Positions 12,296 to 26,924 of a DNA stretch of 64,000 bases are shown here, piece after piece (position 1 is the first letter of the stretch; the number at the start of each line of letters is the position of its first letter). The notes under the pieces are model-generated. The model did no database searches. It worked only from the letters and a program-made list of their open reading frames with translations, and had not been told where the DNA came from. The stretch lies in the NCBI GenBank assembly GCA_964304625.1, contig OZ199840.1:2654787-2718786 (forward strand), in the 5' to 3' direction. The translations under genes and the position numbers were made by a program. The DNA is from Kudoa neothunni. Lineage: Eukaryota; Animalia; Cnidaria.

Positions 12296-14703
12296 TTTCC
12301 TAGGAAGGACCTATTCTTAAATTCAATATTATTCAGATGGATCTAATTTAGACTATGCTTATTTTTGGCGGGATGGTGTAAACAGATTGTCCTTTTATTT
12401 CAAAACTTTTCTCTGATATTTTCAGCGCATAAGACAGTGTTTCCCGACTTTTCTTCCATTGCATCCATGTTTTCTTGAAAAAAAGTTTCATTCCCATCTC
12501 TTTCAAAAGTATTGATTATTTTGAATAAAACCCCCCATCACATTAAAATTTGAAAGCAATTTATTTTTGGTATTTCTTGTTTATTATTGAGTTAAGTCAA
12601 TATTTAATACCAAAAACTCCTAAATCTATATCTCTTTTGGAACAGTACAATATTACTAATTATTATGAAAGTCTCCAGTCTAATGATCTAAAAACTGCCA
12701 CTGTATCTCACGTTTAAAAATATCTACTATGTCGACTCTTAAAAACACCATCGCTCATTTCCTTAATAATTTCTTTGCGTGGGAGGTTATTCGAGGCACG
12801 TTTTATTATTTTGACTAGTTAACCTTTCTAGAAGCTGTACACATTTTATTGTTTCTGCCTTAAATGAATTAGTTTCCATTATTTGTATGGCATTTATTAA
12901 TCAGAAAATCCTTTCAAGGACTGTAGAATAATGAGTCATTAGAACAATATGATAAAATATCGAATAATATTAAAAGACGTCAATAACTAGTGCATGAAAA
13001 TGCAATACCGAAGGAACGTTTAGAAGAAAACGTGCTACCCTCTCGAATATTGAGTGCATTAGAAGTATTTACACTTTTAATTTGGCAGGGTAAAGAAATA
13101 ATGAATGTTTCAAAATTCTTTTAATTATCAAAAAAAATTTTTTTTTTATATAAAAAAGAGACCTCAAAGAGTTCAAAGTTAATATAAAAATCTAAGCTAT
13201 ATTATGGGTTTACTACTGATTAGCGAGGATTAGTTAAAGAAGAGACTTAGCCTTTCTGTGGGTACATCCTAACAAGATAATATCAACATAAATTAATCTT
13301 AATTGTTCAAATTTTAAGTTATATTTAGAAAAAATAATTGTACTAATGTTCATTCTAGAATTCGATAAATTAATTCACTTCACCTGTATATTACAAACTT
13401 TGGTTAAAATGTAGAATAGTGCTCTCATTTTCCGATTAGAGATGATAATTACTTCGTACATTAATCCTATATTTTTTAAATGAAATTTATAAAATTTTTA
13501 CAATTAATCAGCTAATGCTGGTATAAAATATGGAAAACCTATTCTTACAGACATGGGATTATTAATAGACAATCGATAAAAAATCATAGTTGTCACGCTC
13601 AAATTTTAGGATAAATAAAGCATGCCTTACTCGATGGGTGATTAAATGGTATGGCCTGTGGAAATAACTACGAGGCGCTAGCAATTATTTATATGATAGA
13701 TCGCAGCAACTATTATTGATAACAAATACAGTGCCGAAAATAACCTACTGGCGATGAAACAATGATAAATAAAAAAAATTAAAATAATCAACACATTTGA
13801 TTTATATCGCATTAGAAACATAATGGATTAAGTTGATCGTGAAATACGAAAAGGTATAGCAATCAGTGAATGCTTAAAGTTGGGTTCGTACATCATTGTA
13901 ATGCCTCGAGTGGTTATAAAATATGTGCAATGTTTTTGACCTTAATCAACAATGAGATCATTAAATCTTATATCATATTTTTGGATATTAAATTAAAGAA
14001 TTAAAATTTATTAATTAAATTCCACAAAAATCTATTTATCATAGCAGAAGCTATTTGCATGTTAAATTTTAATCCAAAACTGTATGAACGCATGTGCAAT
14101 AACAATTTATTATTCCAGCAACTCTTAATCACGAGTTGCCTATGGATTTAATTTTTTGGTATCTCCTAAGCATAATTAATTTTAGCCAACTGCTTCGCTC
14201 TTAAGTACAAGAAACAATGAAATATAGTCAAAGCTAGTGACACCTGGATATTATTTATCATGCAAACAACCACTTACATTAACAATAGCACCAGTTAATA
14301 CATACAGGTTTTGATTACAATGAATCTTAATAGTATATATCTTTAATTGCTGTTAACTATTTAATACATTAATTCTAATAAAATAAAGTCTTATCTTAAT
14401 AACCTAATATGTTGTCCGAGGTGTGGATAGATAGATTTTGAGAGATATAATTTTATCGAGAAAACTATCTTAAATTTCTCCAATCAATATTATCTGTATC
14501 GATTAAATTATTATAACAATTGGAGGGTAACTGGCAAAATTTGGTTTGACAAGAATGACGTATAACGTAAATTTACGAAGTTAAAATCCGCATAAATCGG
14601 GCTTAGATAGGCCAAATTGTTGCAACAAATTTAATTGGTAATTACCATAGCATATTGATCGTAGTGATTGGAAATATATACCAGTGGAAGACCTGTTGTT
14701 ATA

Positions 14704-17700
14704 ATGAATAACAATGCCAATAAAAATAATTGGGAGATGCAATCCAGTTTATGTTCCAAAGATTCTCGTAGGGAATTAATTGAACTTTACGATCAAGTAG
14801 GTTTGTTGTATTATTGAATGTTACTGTCCAAATTTATATTTTCACACATTGATCATCCAAATCATTTGGTAGGGTCCTACCAAAAAGGATCTGGAGGAAA
14901 TCGAACAAATTCAACTCGAGAAAAAAGTTGACAAACATGGATTTATGTACATTTTATTACGATTGACTATTTTGGTTGTGGTTGGTATAATGTTCCGAGT
15001 TGATTGAGTTATTTTAGAAAAACACAATCTGCTCCTCAACCTGAACAATCATCTGTATGTCACAGCTAATCATGTCGATACATGGATTGATGAAACATAT
15101 TTAGGTTGAGAGTATCCGAAGCAAACAATCTCATTGGCTTAAAATTTTGAGAAAATGGGAACAGCATTACCCATCCAAACCGGTAATTGTTAATCATCAT
15201 CACCATCACCATCAATTCAATGGGATTATTCTATTTATTTCTGTGTGAAATAACGAATTGGTTGATAGTTGAAAAAAATGGTTTACAATGGTGTACCTGA
15301 TAGTATGCGCGGAGAAGTATGGAAACGTATTTTAGAGGTTCCTCACGAAACCAACTCGAATTGTGGTCTCTATGAAGTTATTTCGATCTTGTGTTACTTC
15401 TATTTTGAAGTATGTGTAGCATTTGAAAATGATTGCTAGAGAGAAATCTTCAGATCTACGACAGATTGATTTGGACATCAATCGTACCTATCGCAACCAT
15501 CTTATATATCGTCCACGTTATTCATTAAAGTGATTATTGCTATTAATATTTCCCCATTTTTTTATTCATTTGTCACTTTTAAGTGGGATAAATTTTTGTA
15601 TTGATTAATTTTTAAATAATCCATATTTTATCCTCGTAATAATGGTGACATTCTAAGTAATATTTGGGTTAATTGGTGCGAACCAAAGCCAACAATTATT
15701 TTTATTCGGATAATAGATAGTCTATTCTAAATCTTATTATTCTTTTATCTAGACAAAAGTCACTATTCTATGTACTAGGAGCTTATGCGGAATACAACAA
15801 GGTATGTATGTTTGTTTGGTGTTTAATTAGGATGAATGTTTGGTTGAGGTTGTTGTCGCATATCAATTAGATTTAATATAAACTGCTCGCGCGTGTTATT
15901 TTTGTCATCTTCATTCTCGATACTAATTTTTGAAAAAATAGATTTTTATTTTTAAAATTTGGATTACAGTAGGTGACCACTAATTCGTAATAATTTTAGG
16001 CGTGCACACGAATGTAATACATCGAAATACTGACTTTTCTTATTTAATTTATAAGATTTTATAAAATAGTATTGTATTTGTTATTGTTGTTATTAGATTT
16101 TGTAAGCGTGGTCATATACATAAGATTCTAGTTTTGACAATTAATCAACAAATGTTAAATCGTCTATAGAAGAGAATTTAGGATCCTCTAGTTCAATTTC
16201 TACCTCTAAGAGTTTTCTAACAATTTACCCGTATGAGATATTATCTAAATTATCATAAACCGGAAACAAGCTTCTTGCATTGTCTAATTTATCTGTTGAG
16301 TGTAGAGATGCGGATTATCTGGAGGTGTAATTTGACCATAACCTTAATGTTTACTTTCAGAGGTTATTAACCTGAAACCGTATTTGTAAAAGCAATGAAT
16401 GATTGGCTCGGGGACTATTAAATTCCAAGACTCCCGAATAAAGTCATTGTTTCCAATAGATATGATATACAGGTTTTATGTCCAGTCAACTTCCGCATAA
16501 ATCGTATTCCCCGTATTAATTAATTAATTAATTAATTAATTAATTTTGTCGATAAATGATTATTCGATACGTTTCGAACTCATTCAACCGAACCACTCAC
16601 AACTACGTTGATTATTGTCTAAATTTTCCTTTCTGCATTTATCTTCGTTGAGCTGGAAGCAGTTAACTTTGAATGATTGATGAATTCGAGCCCTTTTTTC
16701 TAAAAAAACCATTTAATAATATGTAAATATAACCTATTTTATAGTGTTTAATGGTTCAGTCTTTCTATTTAAGAAATTGCAAACTATCATAATATTTGAT
16801 TATATCGTATTTCCCTTGGAACGTTTTGAATTTGCTTATTACTTTTTGGGGCATTTGAAATAATTACGAATTATCGATCACCTACTGTAATTGTAATGTA
16901 TTTTTTTACAATAATTGCAAAAAACAATCTCACACAAATAAAATCCTACATCAACACATAATGAATATATAGCATATTAAAAAAATGTTTAAAATATTCA
17001 AAATATGTGTTGTAGGACGTGGGATATTGCCAAGGAATGGCGAACGTTGCCGCACTTTTACTTATATATATGAATGAGGATGACGCATTTTGGGCTTTGT
17101 CCATGTTGTTAACCGGCAAAAAATACTCTATGCATGGTACCACAACATTGTGATTAATGTTGTGTGTGTGAGAGATTTAATTGAAGGTTTCTTTGTTCCG
17201 GGATTCCCAAAACTGCTAAGATTTCAAATTCATCATGAGAAAATATTCAAAAAATTACTTCCTAAACTATATGCTCATTTTGTATAATAAAATAACTGTA
17301 AAATTTGATCTAACCAGTCCAATAGCAAGCCCAAAACATCAGTTCGTCGCTGTACACTTTAAAATGGTATATGCAGTGCTTTTTGGATAGAGTAAATAAA
17401 TGCTGAAACAATATTAATTTTTTTAATGGATTCTTGTTAAAGTTACCATTCGAACTCACTTTACGCTTGTGGGATATTTTTGTACTAGAAGGTGACAAGG
17501 TTTTGCATCCTATTGGCTACACACTGTTGAAACTTTTCCAAAGTAATTGGGAGAAATCACCAATCAGCCAACCACCATTGAATATAAATATATCTCAATC
17601 AATAAAATTCTAGAGGAACTGATGAAACTTGACATGGAAAAGATAGCTGATTTCCTCCAAAACATTCTTTTCACAAGAACTTACGACCCCGATAATTTTA

Positions 17701-19069
17701 TGAAGTTGGTTCGGGATAACATTAGCGAACTGAAAAAACATGGACTCTATCCAGCCCCATCAGTTGTTGAAGGAGAACTACCAACTGATACCAATTTGGT
17801 TTTCGGTACACTCCTTGAAAAAAACCAAAGCAAAAATAGAGTGGCCCAACAATTGTTGGAACTTGGAGATTTGGGCTTTGAAACGTCTGTAAATGATTCA
17901 GCTCCTGTATTAGAATCTATCTCCACTATTTCCGATAAATCGACAAAACTATCAGCCAAGGTATGTAAATATAAGAATGGTTGTGGTGAATTACACATTA
18001 CCAACATTTTGCTCACACTACCTACTCTGCTCTATAGGATAGCTGCAATGCGACCGTTTCCTGTGCAGATAATAATTTTGCTAAAGTACTTCCAAAAGTG
18101 ATTCCACCCCCACCAAACTACCCCGCCCCCCAACCAACTAAAATCACATTCATACCTGGCTGGTCTGATGTCAACAAGTCTACACTGAGAAAAAAAGAAC
18201 AACGCGAAAGAAACAAAAATATAATGCGTCAAGACACTCTAACCAATACTACCGCCCCCACAAAATCGTTATATTCTGAAACTTCGAATTATTTCACCGA
18301 TGGTTGTGTTATAGCGGAACAACCATTCACTGGTATTTAATTATATGGTTAATGTAGTCCACCGATTTTTTGACCATCTCATTAATAGGAATTAATCGAG
18401 ATAATCATTCGAATTCTTTATCAGTCAACCTTGAAGCCTCATCGAGGTTGTCTGCAAATGATATTCCTACACTGAAAATAGAAAGCAATAGTTTTACGGG
18501 CCCGCCGGCTGTCCCTTCAAGAAAAAATAAGTAATTTTGTGTGTTGCTAATATTTTCCTTTTTCAACATCCAACCATTAAGAGGTAAAAGAAGTCTATTG
18601 TCGTCGGCTTCTATGCGTGTGAAATCAGCATTGAAACCTCAATACAAAAAAAGCACAAGTATTATTTTTATCCAACACACTGTTATCATATTGCTTCACC
18701 TGTATAGCGTATGAATTAAATCCTGATACTGATGGAAGTGGAAAATCGAACGATACTCCTAATAGTGTTGATGACATCATTAATTCTAATAGTAGATCAA
18801 ACCTAACAAGCGGTATTTTGCATTTGTGATCACAGATTCCTATTTTCATAACTTCTCTTATTTTAGATGAAGAAAGTTCAGAAAATGTAAAGTCGACTTC
18901 CAAACCAAACTCTTCACATGCCACAACCACTGAAGATAGCAGCAGCAGCAGCAGCACATCATCTGAACCCAATGAAAAGGAAGTGGATGATGCCAAAACA
19001 GCCAGCTCCCTCTCTGAAACTAGTGACGGCAGCAGCTCAAATTTATCTAGTAACCATGAGAATACGTAA
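14704..19069 (+). CDS. USP6NL: USP6 N-terminal-like protein (RN-tre), TBC-domain Rab GTPase-activating protein; 17 exons
   Basis: The spliced frame reads [11 protein letters not shown]...DKHGF...[11 protein letters not shown]...[13 protein letters not shown] (arginine finger)...VGYCQGM (glutamine finger)...[22 protein letters not shown]...[26 protein letters not shown]. This is colinear with animal USP6NL as I recall it. It ends in a Pro/Ser-rich tail; 16 GT-AG introns, no frameshift needed, TAA at 19067-19069. Confidence 0.92.
15967..16887. mobile_element. Tc1/mariner-pogo-type MITE inside a USP6NL intron
   Basis: TIRs CAGTAGGTGACCACTAATTCGTAAT and (reverse) CAGTAGGTGATCGATAATTCGTAAT, with TA on both sides. 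Confidence 0.85.
16516..16543. repeat. (TTAA)7 microsatellite
   Basis: Perfect tandem TTAA run inside the MITE. Confidence 0.9.
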
Positions 19070-19956
19070 TGTATTTTTAAACTTTTATTTTTTATCTAAT
19101 TTTTGGATATTTAATTATACATACACGAAAATTGAGATTTTTTTATCTAAATTTCAAACACTCTTAAATTGCATATTGGGTGTGTCTCTCAATTTAATTA
19201 GTCCACTTACATATTATTTGTTTGGAGAATTCAAATATTTGTTTTCATGGAATTAAATACGCAATTAGTTGATGCGTGTTTATACTGAGTGAAATAAATT
19301 GTGTCTCGTTGAGGGAGTGACGGAGCTGAGTAGTACGCTTGTGAATGGCAACGATTTAACTACTTTGTTAAATAAAATGAAGTCCTACATTAAAAATATG
19401 TCGTAGTAGCTATTTCTATGATAAATATAACTGGAAAACTAATATTAAAAGAAGATTAGAGCTTGTGCGTTAACATTATAATGATTGTTCCGTTCCAAAT
19501 TAAGAAAAACTCTCAAAGGGAGAAAACATGGGTGTTGGTCTACAGATGAGAGAATAGATTGATCTGATGGTAGCAAAAAATGAAGGATTCTCAATAAGCT
19601 TTTATCTGCAAAGCTGATGAGTTCTTTATGGTGCGGTGCCTCGCAATCAATGTCTGTATCTACCAATTAGTTAAGGACTTTATAAAAAGATTTAACATTT
19701 CGCGTAATACATTTATTGGTGAGTTTTCAAATTATAAATAATGGTTCATTAAATATTACTTTAAATATTAAATTAGATAAGCATGCAAATTGGCTAAAAT
19801 ATAACCTAATTTTTCTTTCTTTTGCACATATGCGTATGTCAAACTTCATTAAACCGGAATTTTAGTATTCGAAAGGAAATTACCGCATTAGATAGATTAA
19901 GCCGATAAAGTATACTATTTAACAGTTATCTACCTATTATCATTAGATCTGCACAA

Positions 19957-20818
19957 ATGATTTCTCCAAGAAGATTTTTTGGTAATATTTTTTGTAATGA
20001 GGATAAATCTATACAATATCTTATCAATATTGGTATCTTCAATGCACCAACTACCTGTATAAAATGTAATGGAACTAGCCATTCTCTACATCGAAAAAAT
20101 TGGCGATGTTGCTCCAAAATGTGCAGAAAAGAAACATCAATTTTTGAGCCGATATTTTTCAATAATATGAAAATTAAACTTCACGATTTTTTAGAGTTAT
20201 CATACTACTGGTTGGCGAGCGTAAAAAGTGTTAACCTGGGCACTCTTCTCAAACAATCACCAATTATTGTCACTATCTTCGCCAGTTGGTGGCAGATAGT
20301 CTGGACTTTGAGGATATAGTTATTGGAGGAGAAAATATAATTGTAGAGATCGATGAGTCTAAATTTGGAAAGGTGAAGCATAACAAAGGGCATGGCGTTG
20401 ATGGAGCATGGGTTCTTGGAGGTGTAGAAATGACATCAGATCGAAAAATGTTTTTGGTGGAGGTTCCTGACAGAACCGCTGAGACTTTATCTAAAAAATT
20501 AAAACGTACGTCCATCCTGGCTCTATTATCATAACTGATTGCTTCAAAAGTTATGGAACATTACAAAATTTCTACACTCACCTCACTGTAAATCACAATA
20601 TAGAATATGTAGATAGTACTACAGGAGCTCATACGAACACCATTGAAAGCACTTGGGGTGCTATCAAATATAAAATATCACCAAGAAACAGGACATCTTC
20701 GGTTAATGAAGATGTTTCTGTCTGTATGGATGTTATCAACGAATTTCTCGGTGAATTCCAATGGCGATGGAAAAACAATAACGATTTATGGGATGGCTTT
20801 ACATTATCGTTAAAATAA
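19957..20818 (+). mobile_element. Merlin (ISXO2-like DDE) transposase pseudogene
   Basis: N-terminal CxxC...WRC...C zinc ribbon, then IGGENIIVEIDESKFGKVKHNKGHGVDGAWVLGGVE, IITDCFKSY, HLTVNH...GAHTNTIESTWG and EFQWR. At least two frameshifts. Confidence 0.88.
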
Positions 20819-21289
20819 TTTTAGTTTACTATAAATTAGATTTGTATTTGTTGTGTTTTTCATATTTTTTTTCCGATCGCGCCAATCCTATGGTAATTTG
20901 AGATCAGATAGGGGGGTTATATCAAAGTTCAGCCAATAAAAGTTATTTTATTTATGGTCAATCATTTGTTTTTAAACTCAAAAATACTCGTTAATTTCTC
21001 TTAATTCTTCTATTTATATTTTAAGTGAAAGTGAATGCATATTTTGGTTGATCTAAATTACTATAGCGAGAAAATGATAACAAACTTCAAAATGAATAAA
21101 CGAAGATAAAGAAATAAAATTTTGTTATATTTTAGCTTAGTAATTAAATTAACCTTAACATTTTTACATTCAGGATGAGAATTAGAAATTAAAATTTTCC
21201 ATCGCACACTACCAAGAATATCTGGGGATTCGCGTTAGTATTAAAGATAGACAAAAAATAGAAATAAATTCCAAATGAAAATACCAAAA

Positions 21290-21530
21290 ATGATGTTAGT
21301 TTCAATAAAAACGATTATATCAAATATGTTGTAAATACGGAAAAATTGAAAAATGCTATTAGAAGTGTGCACGAGACGTTTTAATTTAAGCATCAAGATG
21401 GTTAGAAATCTTAAATTACAAAATAAAACTAAAAACTCATATGTATAAATTATTTACAAAAATAAGTGACAATTAGCTTATTCTAGAGATAACATTTCGA
21501 TATATTTACCATATGCACGCGGTTGGACTG
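21290..21530 (+). mobile_element. Possible integrase zinc-binding (Ginger/KRBA2-like) relic
   Basis: IKYVVNTEKLKNAIRSVHETF*FKHQDG resembles the YxxxEELxxxIxxxHxxxxHxG start of HHCC integrase domains; heavily decayed. Confidence 0.3.
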
Positions 21531-21659
21531 ATATTATGTGCGGAATATGTATTGCGGATCTTTTCCCAATCCTCTACCTAAAAGTGCACGATGATCATTG
21601 TTGACTGTATACAGTAATGGAGTATTTTTCATATTTAAAAAAAATTGTATTACTATTTG

Positions 21660-24600
21660 AACATAAAGAAAAAGTTATCGAGGATTCTTCCATTGACAAT
21701 CATGATACAGTTGTGCCTCGCTCGATACTGCGTAATTTAACTTTATTAGCATTAAATATTTTAGATCACTAAATAAACCATAAAAATCATATTCAATAAT
21801 CTTAAATTGATAATTATACAAAAAACAAAAATTTTGAACAAGGGGATATAAGGAAAATTCGCAAAAACCTTGTCTCGCTATTGCGTATCCCATTTTTTTA
21901 ATTTTAATCCCTTTATTCTGATGGATGCACGATAAAAAGCTTTGTAAGTTCTCAAAGACCTAAAGAGGATATGATAATAATAATAATAATTGATTGCTAT
22001 AATTTTTTGAAGTCTATACGCGGTGCTAATGATATTACTGTAGAACGTTTCGGTTTACCAAATTATATTAACTTCAATATTGTTCGATATTTTAAAATGG
22101 GTTACTTAAATCTTTATAGAAGTTTTTCTAAACAAGACCATACCATAAATTAGAATTTTTCCAACTCCTGAAAATAATATTTACAATTGAGTAGTTTCAA
22201 TGCGAGAAAAAAACTATTATCTAGTTTTTTAATAATCAAAAAATCTTTTATTATTGCCAATAAGATTTAAATAAAAGATTTGAACGAAAGCGAGTGTTAA
22301 TTTAATAGTTGCAGAAGGTGGCGTCACGGCCTGAAAAACTCTAATTGCACGAAGGAGAGCGCTGATTTTAAAAACATTTATCAATGGATGGGAGATTTTA
22401 TCAAGATACAATCCGGAATACATGTTAAATTAGGATGAGACGGCTCATTTTTATGAACAGCTGATACAGTGTACGCCTACTATTACAAATTAGCACAATG
22501 TATGGGCGTAAAACAATTCAAAAGTGCCCGATGATGTTTATCATTTCTACAGTTACCAGAGAAAACTTTCAATTACATATAATAATAAAATTTTAATAAA
22601 AATCGCTGTTTTAGGGGAATTGAAGAGCTCTCATTTTAGTGCCATTCGCAAATAAATATGTGATTATCTTTTTCTGTATTTTATCAAATCCTCAAAGATA
22701 TGAACCATAGATCCATTAAAGAAAACAGAAGGGGTTTTATTTTAATAAGGACAATGCTCATATTGTCCTTAATCGATCGATTATTTCGAAAACATCCAGC
22801 TCCTACTTCTATCAAAAACACTGCGTGTGTGGTGCAACCAATTTATCTGGGAATATTTCACCGCTTAAAAGCCAGTTAGAGAAAACATTATGCGTAATTG
22901 TGTTATTCTACGAGAAGGGCCCAAAAATATTTAAATATGCCATATTCGACTACTTAAATACATTAATATTGGTTCGGGAATGGTTACAGTTAAAAAGTTA
23001 GTAATTGAGTTAATAAGCCGTCTATTTTCAGTAAAAATAATTGATTTTTTCTTCATTTTTATTGAAAAATTTGATAGATAAAAATTTTAAGTAATCCGAT
23101 GATGAAATAACATTATAAGGTAATTAATAGAAAAATTTTAATATTCATATATGTAGATAATAATGAGTAATGATATTATTTTGTTGGAAGAAAATGAAAT
23201 TTTACAGTTAAATTAAGATAATAAAGGTAAACATACTTTTTGGAGTGAAGATCCTGATCTCATACAATACGATGAAATTGTTACAACGTTTCAAGTAAAA
23301 AATCTTATAAATCCGCGAAAAAACGAACGTCATTGAGAATCCTATTGAATTATTTTCTGTACATCAAGTTATAGATGCCTTAAGCGAGAATGTCAATCAA
23401 TAAATAAAAAATATAAAGTAGATGAGTTATTTTGTAATAAATGTTACATTAGAAGTTATTATGAGTGAGCAAACGACTCGATATTGCGTAATTTTTCCCC
23501 GGTCCCAGAAAATTACGCAATATTGAGACGCGACTGTATTTCTAAATATGAAATCTTGGAGTCAGATGATTCATCTGTTGGAAAATTCGGATGCATAATT
23601 CCATTCTAGATCAGGAATTGAACGAAGTCTACGTTCTCGTTTACGGACAAAAACTCGTACGTAGAATTTTGTTGACAACTTCTCTAACATTCCACATCAC
23701 GAATGTAACGAAATAAGGAACACACAGCGGCAAAACAACCGATAACCACGCGTATACTAATATAAAAGTAATTAGGGTAAAACTAAGTAGGTATATACAT
23801 TGTCACGTAACAACGAAGACAGTTTAAACCCGTTTCTGATGCACTTGAGCTATTTAATTCAGACGACATTCTTTTAGATTTATAGAATGCTCTAATAAAT
23901 ATCGCGAAGAATTCAGAGACATTAACCCCAAAACAATAACGAAATTAATGAACTAATGACTTCAACTGGTGCTCTAATTGCATTAAGACGTACAAATGGT
24001 CGTTATCTAACTCTTCAAAATACATCATTACATGCTCCCTCTTTACAAATTTAATTTTCTTCGGCCATATCGAGAGACATATTTAGTCATATGTAACAAG
24101 TTTAAGGTTCAATGATAAGAGTACTAGATTGGAACATCTCCATAATACCGAAGATAAGTTTGAACCCATAAGAAAAGTTTTTCAATAATTCAGTAATAAT
24201 TGCCTGAAAAAATTTTCACCAGACATCCATATCACTGTTGACGAATGATCAATTCGATTTAGATGATGCTCGTTTAGAATATATTTAAAAAATAAACCTG
24301 GGCGTTATGTCACAAAATTGTGGGTAGCTGCAGTTGCCGATTCATCTTACGTATTAAATATGTAAACTTACGTTAGCAAACTTGATGGGGTAAGAGAAAT
24401 AAATCAGGAGGATGTTGTAACGAATTTGTACCTCCATTTTACGTAACTAGAGGAGGAGTTATCGTAGAAAACTTTTTTATTTCGATTTCATTGGCTCCAG
24501 AGTTACTTATTAACTATATAACATTGTTTGTAATTATCCTCGCACAGAAGAATGAAATTCCTAGGGGATTTTAAGTCGCCAAAACAACAAGTTGTTCAAT

Positions 24601-24946
24601 AGTTGGATTTAATTTAATGGAGACCTAACCCCAGTTTCTTACATTCTCGAGAAGAATTATGCAGTTTATCTGCTGTCAAGGAAACACAATAAGGTTTCTA
24701 CTAAAAATGAAAAGAAAAACAGACTCAATTTTATACTTCATTATAATAAGACAAAAGGTGGAGTGGATAACGCTGATAAGACGACGCTGTCTTATTCAAG
24801 ATCTGCACGAATATAGCGATTGAGATATTTATGGACATTGTCGAATTAAATTCTTATTTAAACGAATAAATTTCACGCTCGAAATAAAAATAGATATTTT
24901 TTGCATGAGAACTTTCCATAGAGTTGGCCAAACCCTGTTCAAGTTA
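21660..24946 (+). mobile_element. Decayed piggyBac transposase, split by a pogo insertion
   Basis: EKVIEDSSIDNHD (about 21667-21705) rejoins ISKYEILESDD (from 23537), matching EELIEDSSSVDNDSCSEYEISESDD of the 28.7-kb transposase. Later segments read SPDIHITVDE, KPGRY, VENFF and HYNKTKGGVDNADK. Confidence 0.8.
21708..23536 (+). mobile_element. pogo/Tigger element, decayed, nested in the piggyBac relic
   Basis: Imperfect TIRs CAGTTGTGCCTCGCTCGATACTGCGTAATTT and (reverse) CAGTCGCGTCTCAATATTGCGTAATTT, with TA TSD. Internal N*DETAHFYEQ, DNA and VQPIYLGI are DDE_1 motif remnants. Confidence 0.75.
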
Positions 24947-26924
24947 CAGTAGTGCAGGGATATTGCGTAGCAGGGGTACTACGCACTTTTTGATATTATG
25001 GCAAGGTTTCCTATTAATAATACATAATATTGTTATTTATAGTACAATAAACTTAAAAATGTTTAATTAAGAAAAATTATTATTAAAAATATTGCTCACA
25101 ACCAGAGAAAATTTGGCTGCATGCTTACTGCGCATTAAAAATCCCCCAAATTAGATCCAACGACATGGTTAGTACGCAATTAAGAAATCAGAGATAATAT
25201 CGATCGTTAGATGAGAAGATTAAAATAATAAATTATTACGGCGAAATAAAAGGATTCAATGGCTCAAAAACTAAAACCGTTGGGAAATTTAATCTCAAAT
25301 CGATATTTTCTTTGAATAGCATATTATTAAAAAGGAGCGGTATTATGAACAATTTAAACTCTGGAGACCCAGATCACAGCAGAAAAACCTTAAGAAAAGG
25401 GAATTTTTCCACGTTAGATTCCAAAGTTAAGGAGTGGATTGAGTTAATAAGAACTAATAATATCGAGTTATCAAGGGATGATATAATTAATAATGCTAAC
25501 GACTATTCATTTGAAGTTAAAAAAACAACTTCTAAAGTTGGTAGAGATTGGTTTCAAGGCTTTGCTTCAAGATTTGGGCTGAAGAGGAACAAATTCACAG
25601 GAGAGTCTAAGAGTGTCGATCCTGAAATAGTTTCCTCTTGGAAAGATCAATTGTTAAAATTGATTGACAATTATGACCCAAAAGATATTTTTAATTAGAA
25701 TGAGACTGAGCTATTTTATCAGCAAAGAAAAAATAAAATATACTTTAAATTTGTATCACAATATGAAATTTGGTGCATGGTTACGTATTTAAAAAGGAGG
25801 GAAACTTGCACGGTTATAAAAATCGAAGAAGAGAGTAACTATTCTTGCCATTTTCTCGATGTTTTGAGAAAAATGACCGTTATTAATAATTGGAAATTAT
25901 GAAAAACCTCGTTGCTTTCGGAAGATTAAGGACCTCCCACTTCCCTATTACGTAAATAAGAAAGCTTGGACGACCAGCTTGATTTTTTCAAAATAACTAA
26001 CGGAGTGGAATCGTGAACTTTCTCGATGCAAGAGAAGTATCTTATTATTTGTTGATAATTGTCCAGCCCATCCAACACTAAATTTTTCAAACGTCCAACT
26101 CTGTTTTTTCCCATCCAAAACGACCAATGTATTGCAGCAATTGGATCAGGGAATTATTAACAGTTTTAAATGTATTTACAAAAATCATCTGACAAATTAT
26201 TTTATAAATAAAGCCATTTCTAATTCCACGGATGTTTCCGATAACAATTTAAGTGATGATCCTCCAGAGTTACTTGAAGCTATGTATATGATTAAAGAAG
26301 CATGGCAATTAGTGACTGACGAAACAATAAAAAACTGTTTTAAAAAATATCTCTTTTTTAATAACTGTGATTCAGCAGACATCATCCCTTCGTTTGAAAG
26401 GAATTTACCAGGAAATCAACTTAGAGACTGCGTTGATGAAGAATGTGTTAACTAGATAAATAATGGAGTCGACACAATGGATGAATCGTCTTCTAATGAA
26501 AATTATGAACAAACTAGCACTATTTGTTTCATAAATGAAGTTACGAACATTTAAATAAATTGAGGAAATTTTTTTCGTTCACGACCAAGCTATGTTAGAA
26601 AATATAACCAAATTAGACTTTTTTATTTGCAACATAAGACGCGGTTCCCAAAATACGATAAAATAACCGATTATTTCAAAAAATCTGCATAATTTCGAAT
26701 TATTATAGTTTATTCACCTTATATTTATTTTTTCGTGTATTTACTATTGATTTTTCCCAAATATATTCGAGTTACCATTAATATGGGTGGGCAAATATGG
26801 TTGTTAAATATAAAATACAGCGGCGCGCGACTAAGATTTTTCTCTCATTTTGCGCGCGCGGACATGGATACTACGCACCTAAATGTTTCGTCCCAAAAAA
26901 GTGTGTAGTATCCCTGCACTACTG
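24947..26924 (+). mobile_element. pogo/Tigger element with a disrupted transposase (CENP-B HTH plus DDE_1)
   Basis: TIR CAGTAGTGCAGGGATA at both ends with TA TSD. ORF pieces read LDSKVKEWI...WFQGFASRFGL...GES, IFN*NETELFY, DNCPAH and QQLDQGIINSFK. Confidence 0.9.

Noticed and set aside
17747-19256. Antisense and alternative-frame ORFs in the ORF track (e.g. 17747-18016, 18625-18996, 18918-19256; also those overlapping the ABCA genes and piggyBac)
   Set aside because: They are shadows of real exons on the other strand or frame and have no independent motifs.
19957-20818. Bacterial IS1595 insertion or contamination
   Set aside because: The motifs fit the eukaryotic Merlin superfamily, a second decayed copy lies at about 1.2 kb, and the flanks are intron-rich eukaryotic genes.
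21290-21385. Aspartokinase ACT-domain-like C-terminus (YVVNTEKLKNAIRSVHETF*), which would imply horizontal transfer
   Set aside because: No upstream kinase sequence is present, and the downstream HxxG spacing fits a decayed integrase zinc-binding domain among TE debris better.
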